NCBI GenBank assembly: GCA_963692865.2
Contig: OY843592.1
Location: 3,264,001 to 3,328,000 of the forward strand
DNA length: 64,000 nucleotides
Direction of reading: 5' to 3'
From: a bacterium
GTDB taxonomy: Bacteria > UBA8248
Below, in pieces: positions 49,510-59,852 of this stretch. The translations under genes and the position numbers were made by a program. Position 1 is the first letter of the stretch. The number at the start of each line of letters is the position of its first letter. Under the pieces are notes generated by a model, which was not told the DNA's origin, did no database searches, and saw only the letters and a list, made by a program, of their open reading frames with translations.

Positions 49510-50240
49510 ATGAGCAGCCATCCTTTCGACAACTAGTTCCACGTCACCCCCGAGCACAAGGAGCAATTCCGGCGCGACGGCTTCGTCAAGCTCGAAGGGT
49601 TCTACAACCCTGAAGTGGTCGAGGCGCTGCTTGCGCGCGTCGAAGCCGAAATGGACCGGGGGGTGGCCGGCGGTATAACGGGCGATGAAATGTTCAACCG
49701 GGCGAAGTATGACTTCGCAGGCGAAAGAACGGAAGTCTATGAACTGCTGGAGCGGCCTTACCTGCGAACGGCGCTTACGGATCTGGTCGAATGCGACCTC
49801 TTTCTGACCTTCGAGCAGTGCTTTGAAGTCGAAAAGAACGTCAGCAAGGGATTCCCCTGGCACGTCGGCGCGCAGAGCTTCGGCTTTCAACCCGCTGAGG
49901 AATTCGCGTGCACGCTGTGGGCGCCGCTGCATCCCGTGGACACGAAGGGCCAGCGGGGCGGGATGGCTTATGTCCCCGACCGCGTCATATCGGGCGATTT
50001 CATCTTCCGCCAGATCGAGCCGGCGGTCGTCTCCACGCTGGAGGCCAAGGAGCAAGCCGGCGTCAGGACGAACGTAGATGAATACTTCGCCATGCGTTCG
50101 GGGATCCTCAATTCGCCGACCATGTGCGAGATACTCGAGAACCACCAGGTCGAAGACGATTTCAAGCCCGGCGACGCGCTCCTGTTCAACAAAATGGTCG
50201 TCCACCGGAGCATAATGCTCGGCGAGGGCGCGCTTCCCAG
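49510..50240 (+). pseudogene. PhyH-like Fe(II)/2-oxoglutarate enzyme with HxG motif; in-frame TAG at codon 9 and lost C-terminus
   Basis: GGGAGG RBS, MSSHPFDN*FHVTPEHKEQFRRDGFVKL...FPWHVG...LWAPL...GGM...PGDALLF...VHRS. Confidence 0.8.
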
Positions 50241-50343
50241 GCTGTTTGAAGATCGCCCGCGCAAACGCGTGAGGGCGCGCGCCGCAGGCCCGGGCGGGCG
50301 CAACTGCGATGAGCTTCCGAGCGGATTCCCGCACCCCCTTGAG

Positions 50344-50536
50344 GGGGTTGTTCAAAAAGCCCCCTCCGCCTCACCCTGAGTAGCGGCGAAGCCGCGTATC
50401 GAAGGGCGAAATTCGCGTCCCGCCGGTTGGATGCGTTCCCCCATCCTTCGATACGGCGCTTGCGCGCCTACTCGGGATGAGGAAAGAGGCGTCGGCGGTT
50501 TGCGGGGATCGAAGACGGGGGTTTTTCAACAGCCCC
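50344..50536. mobile_element. MITE-like element with module B cargo
   Basis: GGGGTTGTTCAAAAA ... TTTTTCAACAGCCCC; further right end near 50591. Confidence 0.82.
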
Positions 50537-50714
50537 TGACAAGGGAGGTCGGGAGGGTTGCTCTCTTGACAAAGGCTTTTTCAACAAGCCCGTATGCGGC
50601 CCCTGCGGGAGAATCCAGACACCCAAGCGACGATCCAAAAAGGCGCCGGGCGTGATAAGGTGAGACCATCGAAACCCGAGAAAAATCCGTGAACACCCAC
50701 CCGGAGAACGCCAC

Positions 50715-51743
50715 ATGAACGAGATGGACGAATTCGAATTTTTTCTGGAGAAACCCTGGTCGGACGGCCTCCCCGTGGTGACGCCCACCGAAGAGCGCGT
50801 CGAGCGCATGCTGGCGGGAACGTCGAGATCGCCCGACGAGGCCGTGACCCCCGTTCCCCCTCTGGACGAGGTCGCCACCGTTCGAGACATCGCCGCCCAC
50901 GCCGTCATGGCCGGATGCAAACCCGAGTACCTCCCCGTCGTCATCGCGGCTCTGGAACTCATCGTGGAGGAGCCGCTCAACCTGCGCGGCGTGCAGGCCA
51001 CCATGCACAGCGTCGCGCCCCTCCTCATCCTGAACGGCCCATATGCGAAGAAGATAGGCGTCACGGGCGGGCAGGGATGCTTCGGCCCCGGCTTTCGGGC
51101 GAACGCCACCATCGGCCGCGCCGTCCGCCTGCTTCTGCTCAACCTGGGCGGCGGAATCGCGCGCGTCGCGTGCATGAGCATCTACAGCCAGCCCTCGCGC
51201 TTCACGTTCTGCGTCGCGGAGAACGAGGAGGAAAGCCCCTGGGAGTCGCTCGCCGCATCGCGCGGCTATGGTGAAGATGAAGACGTGATCACCGCCGTCA
51301 TGGTGGAAAACCCCCACATCGTCTTCAACGACGTGGACCGCGACCCCGAGCGCCTGCTCGTCTCCCACATGGACAACATGGCGGCGATGGGTTCGTGGCC
51401 CATCTGGGTGAGGTCGGACACCGTGCTCGTCCTCTCCCCCGAGCACGCGCGCCTGTGCGCGGGAGCCGGCTTCTCGCGCGCGGACGTGCACGCGTACGTC
51501 TCGGAGAACGCGGGGCGCAGGGTGGGCGAACTCAAGCGCGGCGGCCCCTGGCGGGAGGACAAGCCGAACGGGCGGTGGGAGTACCCGGTGGACAGGGAGG
51601 ATGACGACTTCTTCATCCGCGTCGTGAACGAACCCGAAGACCTGCACCTCATCGTCGCGGGCGGCGAGGGGCCCCTCGGCGCGGTGATGCCCGGCTGGAA
51701 CGGCGCCAGCCGCGCCGTGCACCGGGCGTACGAGGCGACGTGA
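50715..51743 (+). CDS. Paralog of the UGSC-partner protein
   Basis: WSDGLPVVTPTEERV, MAGCKPEY, RANATIGRA, ENEEESPW shared with 2409-3462. Confidence 0.9.
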   Translation: MNEMDEFEFFLEKPWSDGLPVVTPTEERVERMLAGTSRSPDEAVTPVPPLDEVATVRDIAAHAVMAGCKPEYLPVVIAALELIVEEPLNLRGVQATMHSVAPLLILNGPYAKKIGVTGGQGCFGPGFRANATIGRAVRLLLLNLGGGIARVACMSIYSQPSRFTFCVAENEEESPWESLAASRGYGEDEDVITAVMVENPHIVFNDVDRDPERLLVSHMDNMAAMGSWPIWVRSDTVLVLSPEHARLCAGAGFSRADVHAYVSENAGRRVGELKRGGPWREDKPNGRWEYPVDREDDDFFIRVVNEPEDLHLIVAGGEGPLGAVMPGWNGASRAVHRAYEAT

Positions 51744-51793
51744 TGATCCGGTAAGGGCCGCATAAATACGGTATGGACCCACTCCTCCCCCGA

Positions 51794-52737
51794 GGGGTTG
51801 TTGAAAAACCCTATCCGCCTCATCCTGAGTAGCGGCGAAGCCGCGTATCGAAGGTCAATCGCAACCAATGCGGGAGCGAATGCCTCTCGCCTCTGCGCGA
51901 GGCATTCGACCCTCCTCGCCCTTCGATATAAACGCTCCTTTCTCGGGGCTGTTGAAAAACCCGGAGAGAGACAATTTGTTTGTAGGTGACAACCCCTCCT
52001 CGGGGTTGTCCCACACATATCATGCGACCCTGATTTTCGCCTCCGCAAGGCGGGCCGCATGATATGTCAGACATATATGTCTGACCTACAAAAACCGTTC
52101 CTCCCCGGTCGCGTAAAACACTCGCTCATCAGGACTTTTTCAACAGCCCATTCTCAGTCGCGTTTGACCTTCGGCGGCTGCTCAGGGTGAGGAAAAGGAC
52201 GTTGGCGGCTTGCCGGGGCCGCAGATGGGGTTATTCAACAACCCCTTTTAGGGTATCGCTTTTACCCCCCTGACAAGGGGGACAGGGGGGGCTTTTTCGA
52301 CTGTTCCTTGCGGGCCGGTCGGGGTTCCCCCGTAGTGGGCCGTTCACGAAAACAACCCACTACAAAACCATCGCCCCCTTTTGCCTATGCTCGTCATTCC
52401 GGCGAAAGCCGGAATCCATTTGCGGACGCGGGTGAATGAACGACGGCGTTTCATTCCCCGACGATGCGCGGGAATCCTGACGAAAGGCGTAAAAATGGAT
52501 TCCGGCTTTCGCCGGAATGACGGTGGTTTTCCCGCATCAAGGAGACTTTTCAACAACCCCTTGAGGGTCGGGCGGATACACAGGCCCGCCGCTGCAAAGC
52601 CCCAAAAATCGTAATGAACCCGTAGGGGAGTACCCGCGTGTCCTCCCCCCCACGTCGTTCTGGTCGTGAGCCTGGTGTAGAGGCCGGAATGACGGCGGTG
52701 GTCAATTCCGATCGGGGAGGGGTTTTTCAACAACCCC
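51794..52737. mobile_element. Nested and stacked composite elements (modules A, B, C, E)
   Basis: Left ends 51794 and 51945; right ends 52149, 52245, 52560, 52737. Confidence 0.83.
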
Positions 52738-52755
52738 TGATCGATCGCGTTCGAT

Positions 52756-54057
52756 CTACAACTCGATCACGTCCATCGCGTCGGGGTTGAGGACGCGCGG
52801 GCCGTTCTCCTCCACGATCACCTGGGGGCCGAAGACCATGAATATCCTGTCCTCGTGCGCGGCCTTGATTTCGACTGCGAGGGCCATGCCCGCCTCCACC
52901 TCGAAATCCTCCAGGAAGCCGTAGCGGCCCCCCGCGAGTTCTTGCCATTCGGGGTTCTCGGCGAGGCTCCCCTCCACGTAGGGTTCGCGCCAGGGGAAGT
53001 TCCGGGGAATGTCGCCCGCGCATATCGTCGTCATGGGCGGCTCGATGCCGTCGAGCCCCACCCCGTGCACCTGGGGGATTTCGTGATAAAACCCGCTCCG
53101 CAGGATCGCCCCGTTCGAGGCGCGGTCCACCTCGCTCCACGGCGTGCCGGGCTTCAAGGCGTCGAGCGCGGCGTGGAGACACTCTCGCACCGCCTCATGA
53201 ATGGGCTTGTAGTCGTCATCCATCGGCCCCAGCGACATCGAGGTGTGCGGGTGGCTCCAGTAGCCCCCGTAGCGCGAGTAGTAGCCGATGCACAGCATGT
53301 CGCCCGCCCGCAGAATCCTGTCCGTGGGTCTCCGGTTCACCGGATAGCCCTTGCCCGAGCACATGATGAGCCAGCTGTCGCGCCCCGCCTCGGCGCCCGC
53401 GCGCAGGCTCGCGCTGAAAAGCTCCGCGTACACCTCGCTCTCGCGCACCCCCGGACGGCAGCAGCCGAGCACGGCGTCTATCTCGATGTTCACCATCTCG
53501 GCGGCCTTCTCCATCATCGCTATCTCCTCGGCGCTCTTGATGATGCGAAGGCGCGTGAGGATGTCCGAGGCGTCGGCGAACTGCGCGTCCGGCAGGAGGC
53601 GTTTGAGGTTCTGGTACGTCATGTATGGAATCGCGCCCTCCGCGCCGTATCCCCCGCCGATGAGTCCGACGACGCCGATTCTCCCGCTCTCGTAGCCCAA
53701 CTCCTTGATGGCGTCTGCCGCCACGATGCTCACCTTCCCCTCGTGGCCCCGGTAGCGCACCCCCTCGAAGCACGACTCGGTGTACCACTTGCCCCAGTTC
53801 TGCAGGAGCCAGAAGGTCACGGGCGCGCCGTTTCGGGGAAACACCATGCTGCGCTCGCCGTAATCGCCCCCGTCGAGCCAGCGGGCGTTGCCGTTGCCGT
53901 TCGAGCCGCGCCCGACCACGATGAGGCAATCGAGCCCGCGCTCGTCCATGGCGGCGCGCACCGCGCTCCACCGCCTGTCGCGCTCCTCGGCGGAAAACGC
54001 TGCCGCCGCATCGCCCGTGCGGCCGTCTTTCGGGAAAAACCTGGGGTCCGTTACCAT
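52756..54057 (-). CDS. M24 (Xaa-Pro peptidase/creatinase) family protein
   Basis: FS..ERDRRW..VR..M, LRIIKSAEEI, YGGYW, HGVGL. Confidence 0.85.
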   Translation of the reverse strand: MVTDPRFFPKDGRTGDAAAAFSAEERDRRWSAVRAAMDERGLDCLIVVGRGSNGNGNARWLDGGDYGERSMVFPRNGAPVTFWLLQNWGKWYTESCFEGVRYRGHEGKVSIVAADAIKELGYESGRIGVVGLIGGGYGAEGAIPYMTYQNLKRLLPDAQFADASDILTRLRIIKSAEEIAMMEKAAEMVNIEIDAVLGCCRPGVRESEVYAELFSASLRAGAEAGRDSWLIMCSGKGYPVNRRPTDRILRAGDMLCIGYYSRYGGYWSHPHTSMSLGPMDDDYKPIHEAVRECLHAALDALKPGTPWSEVDRASNGAILRSGFYHEIPQVHGVGLDGIEPPMTTICAGDIPRNFPWREPYVEGSLAENPEWQELAGGRYGFLEDFEVEAGMALAVEIKAAHEDRIFMVFGPQVIVEENGPRVLNPDAMDVIEL

Positions 54058-54380
54058 GAATGTCTCCTGTAATTCTCGATTTGAATGGGAATTATAAGTT
54101 TAAGTTGATGGCTTTTTCGAACAGCATTGTCAACCAACGAGAGAGAAGAGAACCACTCCCCCCTTGAAAGTCGCACATTCCGGGGATGAGGCGTCGCTTA
54201 TCGGAAACGAACCGCTGTCAGGCGCCCCGCTCAGCAGATGACCGTCCGCAGGCGAATCGGCGGCTCCTGAATGAACGTCGTTCAGAGTCGAAGCATCAAT
54301 TCGGACGAGCGCTTGCGGGCCGGGTACTGAAGGTGAAAACTGCTGAATATGACCGACGTCGAGCGAAAGGAGGGGAAACC

Positions 54381-54584
54381 GTGAAACTCAAGGTAGTCGT
54401 TCACGAGGCGGAAGAAGGGGGATATTGGGCCGAGGTGCCGGCCGTCCCCGGGTGCGCGACCCAGGGAGATACGTTCGAGGAGTTGTTGGGCAATCTCTAC
54501 GAGGCGGTTGAGGGATGCCTCTCCGTGGACGTCCGGGAAGTGGAAGTTTCGGGCGCGGGCAGGGTCGTCGAGATCGCCGTGTGA
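54381..54584 (+). CDS. hicB: HicB-family antitoxin (short, no DNA-binding domain)
   Basis: EEGGYWAEVPAVPGCATQGDTFEE; AGGAGG RBS, GTG start. Confidence 0.92.
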   Translation: MKLKVVVHEAEEGGYWAEVPAVPGCATQGDTFEELLGNLYEAVEGCLSVDVREVEVSGAGRVVEIAV

Positions 54585-54787
54585 AATCCGTCAGTGGAAA
54601 GCGCTTTTGCCGCATACTGGAAGCGAAGGGCTGGAAACTGGCGCGCTCCCGCGGCAGTCACCGCATTTGCGCGAAACAGGGTTCGGATATCGGCATCTCG
54701 GCGCCGGTCCATGGTGACGCGTCGCTCAAGCGCGGCTTGCAGAGACATCTCATGAAACTGGCGGACATCCAGGAATCCGAACTGTAG
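54581..54787 (+). CDS. hicA: HicA-family toxin
   Basis: LEAKGW...RGSH...PVHG...LKRG; GTGA overlap with hicB. Confidence 0.9.
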   Translation: MKSVSGKRFCRILEAKGWKLARSRGSHRICAKQGSDIGISAPVHGDASLKRGLQRHLMKLADIQESEL

Positions 54788-54807
54788 ACCGGGAGCGCGG
54801 TCGCCGC

Positions 54808-55877
54808 GGTATCTCCGCCCTCCTCGGTTCTGTAAGGGCGTCCTCTCGTGGTTCGCCTGTGGCTGTCATTCCGGTGTCAGACCCGACCAATGCGGGAGGG
54901 TTTGACGGAATCCAGAGCCGATGAGGATCAAGGCGCTCGGGACTTCCATGTTCTCACCGCTCAGATCGGAAATGGCGAAGTACAAAGACGAAAAGGCAAG
55001 GTGAAATGTCCCCCGTGGGACATTTCTGGATTCCGCATTCTCTTCCTCATCGGGCGAGAATGATCGCCGGAATGACGAGCAAAACCACTCATCCACTGTA
55101 GGGACAGGTCGCGACCTGTCCCTACGGGTTCGTTAAAATACGCGAGATGTCCGTAGGGGCGGCCCACCGTGTCCGCCCGGTTCCACACGCGGACATGGAG
55201 AACCGGGAGAACACATAGGTTCTCCCCTAAACAAGAACCTAGCGTAGGGGCGACCCCCCGTGGTCGCCCTTCCCCTTGTGGCGCCCTTCCTTCATCCCGA
55301 GTAGGCGCGCTCGCGCGCCGTATCGAGGGAGCGTGTCGAAGGGCCTGCCCTGAGCGCACCGAAGGGGAGCGCCCTTCGATACGCCGCTTCGCGGCTACTC
55401 AGGGTGAGGCCAGTGCGGGAGGCGGGCAAGACGAAGAGAGCGCCTCCGCTTCCGTAGGGGGTTTTTGATTTTACCCCCCTGTTAAGGGGGGTAGGGGGGG
55501 GTGCTTTTCCAGTCGAGAGGGGCGTCCCCTCTACCCCTTAAAAAGTCCACCTCGATCGGTCGATTCCTTCCTCATCGGCCGGAACCGACCACCGCCGTCA
55601 TTCCGGCGAATGCCGGAATCCAGGGGTTTCGTATTTCGTTTTTCGCCGCAATGCCCGTCCCATTAGAGAAGAAATGAAACGCCGCGATTTCTCCGCCCTC
55701 ATCGGTTCTGGATTCCGGCTTTCGCCGGAATGACGAACAATACCGCATTCGCCCGTAGCCGGACAGGCTTCTACGCCTGTCCAGGGTTCGCGTACTGTGG
55801 GACAACCCCGAGGAGGGGTTGTCACTACAATCCCATCATGTCGAACCTTCATTTATCAGGGCTTTTTCAACAACTCC
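54808..55877. repeat. About 1-kb stack of modules A, B, C, E ending in a right IS-like end
   Basis: Module A at 54865 and 55597-55734; GTAG REPs at 55098, 55153, 55244; module B 55290-55409; TTTTTCAACAACTCC. Confidence 0.85.
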
Positions 55878-56002
55878 TCAGAGGGATTGACTCCATCATT
55901 CCCATCCGAATCTCACCCGCGCGACTGGACGGGGGCGAGCGGAATCATTTAGCCTTGAACGTCATTTACCCTCACGATAACGGATGAACCGGGCGCCGGA
56001 AA

Positions 56003-57136
56003 ATGAGAGAAGCGCAATTCGCCTGTATCGACTGCGGGGAGAAATACCCCCTGAACCTCCCCCGCTGGCGGTGCGGCTGCGGCGGGCCGCTGGAGGTTGC
56101 GCCGAACGCCGTCTTCACCCGTGAATCCCTGGCCTCCCGCCCCGCCACCTTGTGGCGCTACAGGGAGGCGATTCCGGTCGAGGACGATGAGAACGTCGTC
56201 AGCATGGACGAGGGGATGACGCCGCTCGTACCTCTCGCCCGCTCGGGGATGGAAATTCTCTGCAAGTTGGATTTCCTGTTCCCCACCGGCTCGTTCAAGG
56301 ACCGCGGCGCCGCCGTGCTGATGAGCAAGCTGAAGGAGTGGGGTCTCGCGCGGGTGCTCATGGATTCTTCTGGCAACGCCGCCGCCGCCGTCTCCGCCTA
56401 CGCCGCGCGCGCGGGAATCGAGTGCGACGTCTACGTTCCCGCCTCCACCTCCGCGGCCAAGCGCGCGCAAATCGCGGCCTACGGCGCAAGGCTTCACAAA
56501 ATCCCCGGTCCCCGCGCCGCCGCCACCGAAGCCGCCATGGAAGCGGCGGAAGAGGGCTTCTACGCCTCCCATTTCTGGAACCCCTGGTTCAACCACGGAA
56601 CCAAGACCTGGGCGTTCGAGGCCTGGGAGCAGCTCGGCTTCAAGGCGCCGGACGCCGTCGTCGCCCCCGCCGGGCACGGCTCCGTGCTTATCGGCGCGTA
56701 TCTGGGGTTTTCGGAACTCTTGCGCGCCGGCCATATCGACGAACTGCCCAAAATCTTCGCGGCCCAGGCGGCGAGATGCGCGCCCATGGTGCGGATGTGG
56801 GAGGAGAATCTCGAAGCCGTGCCCGAGATCACGCCCGAGGATACGCTCGCCGAGGGCATCTCCATCGCCGCGCCCGTGCGCTGGAAGCAGATGCTCGAAG
56901 CCGTCCGAGAGAGCGGGGGCTGCTTCGTCGCAGTAGAGGACGAAACCATCCCTCCCCTGCTCCGGGAGTTCGGCGCGAAAGGTGTCCTCATGGAGCCGAC
57001 GAGCGCCGTCCCCTTCGCAGCAGTCGAGACCTTGAGAGAGCAAGGCAAGATAAAGTCGTCCGACGCCGTGGTGGTTCCCGTGACGGGCCACGGACTCAAG
57101 GCCGCCGACAAGCTCGAAAAGCTGATGAGCGCCTGA
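56003..57136 (+). CDS. Threonine synthase-like PLP enzyme
   Basis: CxxC...CxCG N-terminus, EGMTPL, PTGSFKDRG, SSGNA, EPTSA. Confidence 0.9.
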   Translation: MREAQFACIDCGEKYPLNLPRWRCGCGGPLEVAPNAVFTRESLASRPATLWRYREAIPVEDDENVVSMDEGMTPLVPLARSGMEILCKLDFLFPTGSFKDRGAAVLMSKLKEWGLARVLMDSSGNAAAAVSAYAARAGIECDVYVPASTSAAKRAQIAAYGARLHKIPGPRAAATEAAMEAAEEGFYASHFWNPWFNHGTKTWAFEAWEQLGFKAPDAVVAPAGHGSVLIGAYLGFSELLRAGHIDELPKIFAAQAARCAPMVRMWEENLEAVPEITPEDTLAEGISIAAPVRWKQMLEAVRESGGCFVAVEDETIPPLLREFGAKGVLMEPTSAVPFAAVETLREQGKIKSSDAVVVPVTGHGLKAADKLEKLMSA

Positions 57137-57861
57137 TGGATTTTCGCCGCACCGAAAATACATGGGGCGCCTATTTCCGCCAGGGGATGAAGCACTGCGT
57201 ACAGGCGCCGGGCATCGGGCTTTTCGCCGCCATGTCGGGCTTCGGCGCGCTCGCCAGGGACAGCGGCGTATCGCTCCTGATCGCGTTGGGCATGACGGGC
57301 GGCATGTGGAGCACGCCGGGCCAGGTGGCCTTTGTCGAATTGTTCGCCGCGGGCGTCGGTGGAGTCGCTCTCATCGCCTCGGTCACCATCGCCAACGTGC
57401 GGATGTTCCCGCTCACCATCGCCCTCATGCCGCTCTTAAGATCGCGGCAGGGCGTCGAGACCGCGCATTTCTGGATGGCCCACGCCAACTCGGTCACCTC
57501 GTTCGTCCAGGTCGTCGAGATGTGCCGCCACGTCGAGGAGAAGCGCCTGCGCACGGCCTATTTCTTCGGCTTCACGACCGCCTGCATGTCTTCGGGCCTC
57601 CTCGGCACCGCCCTGGGCTACACGATGGCCTCCAGGATGCCCGGCCTCATCGCGCGGGCGCTCATGCTCGTAACGCCGCTCTTCATGCTGCTGCTGGCCG
57701 CCCGGAGCAATCAGCGCTCGCTGCTGACCTCGGTGGCGCTCGGCTGCGCCCTCGTGCCCGCGGGATACCTCGTCTCCACCGACTGGGGGCTTCTCGCGGG
57801 CGGCGTCCTGGCCGGAACGCTCGCATTCGGGTTCGAGAGAATGAGGAAGAACAATGCCTGA
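57136..57861 (+). CDS. AzlC-family permease
   Basis: FGALARDSG, PGQVA, ANVRMF; hydrophobic; TGATG coupling. Confidence 0.8.
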   Translation: MDFRRTENTWGAYFRQGMKHCVQAPGIGLFAAMSGFGALARDSGVSLLIALGMTGGMWSTPGQVAFVELFAAGVGGVALIASVTIANVRMFPLTIALMPLLRSRQGVETAHFWMAHANSVTSFVQVVEMCRHVEEKRLRTAYFFGFTTACMSSGLLGTALGYTMASRMPGLIARALMLVTPLFMLLLAARSNQRSLLTSVALGCALVPAGYLVSTDWGLLAGGVLAGTLAFGFERMRKNNA

Positions 57862-58186
57862 CGCCGCGATCCTCTTGGGAATCGCCATCGTCTGCACCTA
57901 TTCCTGGCGGTGGATGGGCGTGCTCATCGCGGGCCGGATCGAGGACGACAGCCCCGTCTTCGAGTGGGTGACCTGCGTGGCCTACGCCATCGCCACGGGC
58001 CTGATGATGAAGATCATCCTGCTGCCCGGCGGCGCGCTCGCGGAATCACACCTCATCGACCGCCTCGCGGGTCTGGCGGTCTGCGTGGGCGTCTTCTATG
58101 GTTTGAGAAAAAACCTGCTCGCGGGCCTCGGCGCGGGCGTTTGCGCGTTCATGCTGTTTCCAGGCCTGCGGAGCCTGTTGTTCTAG
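57854..58186 (+). CDS. AzlD-family membrane protein
   Basis: TYSWR.MG, small hydrophobic protein following azlC-like gene. Confidence 0.78.
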   Translation: MPDAAILLGIAIVCTYSWRWMGVLIAGRIEDDSPVFEWVTCVAYAIATGLMMKIILLPGGALAESHLIDRLAGLAVCVGVFYGLRKNLLAGLGAGVCAFMLFPGLRSLLF

Positions 58187-58215
58187 GGTCGAACCCACAC
58201 GAGAGGAGGCAAATC

Positions 58216-59055
58216 ATGGAGACCGCCGAAACCCCCTGGGCGCATGAGAAAAGCTGGCGCGAGGTGCGCGAATACCTCGGTTCGGGAAACGATATGGCGA
58301 TTCTGCCCGTGGGAAGCGTGGAGCAGCACGGCCCGCACATGCCCATGGGCCACGACGCGTTCGCCGCCCACCATGTCGCACAAGACGCGGGCCGGCGGGC
58401 GGGCGTTCTGGTCTACCCCACCCTCTGGTACGGCTGGACCAACAACCACATGGCGCTTACGGGCACGGTAACGCTGAGACCCGAGACGCTCACCGCCGTC
58501 GTGACCGACATCATGAGCAGCCTCCTCTACCACGGCTTCAACCGGGTGATCATCGTGAACGGGCACCGGAGGGCCAATCTCGCGCCGCTCGAAATCGCCG
58601 TGAACCAGATGCGCCAGAAGACCGGGGCGGCGCTCGCCATCGTGGACGTCGGCATCATCGCCTTCGACCGGATCCCCGACATCAGAACCACGCCCCCCGG
58701 CGGACAGGGCCACGCGTGCGAGCTGGAAGCTTCGCACGCGCTTCACTTGTATCCCCACCTGGTGGACCTGGAGAAAGCGACGCCTCAGAACTCGAACCCC
58801 GAGCCCGAGTGGATGACGGCCCACCACATCAGTGATCCAGGCGTGGACGCGCCGCGCTTTTTCTACCCCAAGACGGTGGCCGAATACCGCGCCGAAATCG
58901 GAGACCAAGGACAATCCGGCGACCCGACGCAGGCTACACCTGAGAAAGGGCGCGCCTTCCACGAAGCCGTGGTGGAACGTCTCATCGGCGTCATCGAGTA
59001 TATCAAGGCGCGGGAAGTGAACGTCCACCACCGCCCCGCGCCGTTCGAGGATTGA
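58216..59055 (+). CDS. Creatininase-family amidohydrolase
   Basis: LPVGSVEQHGPHMP.G.D, NGH, GHACELE, GDP..AT.EKG. Confidence 0.9.
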   Translation: METAETPWAHEKSWREVREYLGSGNDMAILPVGSVEQHGPHMPMGHDAFAAHHVAQDAGRRAGVLVYPTLWYGWTNNHMALTGTVTLRPETLTAVVTDIMSSLLYHGFNRVIIVNGHRRANLAPLEIAVNQMRQKTGAALAIVDVGIIAFDRIPDIRTTPPGGQGHACELEASHALHLYPHLVDLEKATPQNSNPEPEWMTAHHISDPGVDAPRFFYPKTVAEYRAEIGDQGQSGDPTQATPEKGRAFHEAVVERLIGVIEYIKAREVNVHHRPAPFED

Positions 59056-59087
59056 GGGGGCGCTACTGATGGACTTTTTCGCTGACA

Positions 59088-59442
59088 GGGGCTGTTAAAA
59101 AATCGTGTTTTCGTGATTCAGCGTATGGTGTAGGGGTCGTTCGCGAACGTCCCCTACAGAAAACATGGCATTCGCCTTGCTCGTCATTCCAGCGAAAGCC
59201 GGAATCCATTTGCGAGTGAGATTGAATGAACGGCGGCCTTTCATTCCCCGCCGATGCGTTGGAACCCTGACGAAAGGCAAGAGCGAGGAAGATATGTAAC
59301 CTCCTCATCCCGAGTAGGCCCGTAAGGGCCGTATCGAGGGACGAGGAGGGTCGAAAGCCTCGCGCCGGGCGAAAGGGCATCCTTCGATACGCAGCTTCGC
59401 CGCTACTCAGGATGAGGCGGAGGGGGCTTTTTTAACAGCCCT
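59088..59442. mobile_element. MITE-like element (REP arm, partial module A, module B) with variant TIRs
   Basis: GGGCTGTTAAAAAA ... TTTTTTAACAGCCC. Confidence 0.82.
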
Positions 59443-59474
59443 TGAAGGTCTTTGTCTTGTGACGAGAGAGAAAT

Positions 59475-59693
59475 TCACTCCCCTCCTTGAGGGGGAGTCG
59501 GTGAAGCCGAGCGATTTGTGCGAAGGCTGAACCGGTGGGGGGTCAATTCCGAGCGAGAAGCGAGGAATTGCGTTCCGATGGCAGCCTCGCCTTAGGCCTG
59601 TAAACGCTCCCTAATCGGTCGCGATTGACCCCCCACCGACTCGCTTGCGGGCTTACGCCCTTAGCTCGTCGACTCCCCCTCAAGGGGGGAGTG
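59475..59693. repeat. Module D palindromic element
   Basis: CACTCCCCTCCTTGAGGGGGAGTCG ... CGACTCCCCCTCAAGGGGGGAGTG. Confidence 0.88.
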
Positions 59694-59852
59694 GTTGCTA
59701 AATGCTCTACAAAGGGGAAGTGAAATTCCTCATTCGTTTTTTGTGCCTTATCCCCAAGTGTGGAGTGTTGTATCCTGTCCCGACATTCGTCTAGATACCC
59801 GGAATCGCGGAATCAGGGGTTTTTCAACAACTCCCGACAGGAGAGACTGAGA

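Noticed and set aside
49534-49536. Pyrrolysine or amber read-through in the PhyH-like gene
   Set aside because: Non-catalytic N-terminal position, the gene is also truncated at its 3' end, and TAG is used as a normal stop elsewhere in the window.
51794-55877. CRISPR array in repeat-dense intergenic DNA
   Set aside because: Repeats are inverted pairs with irregular spacing, not equal direct repeats with unique spacers; no cas genes.
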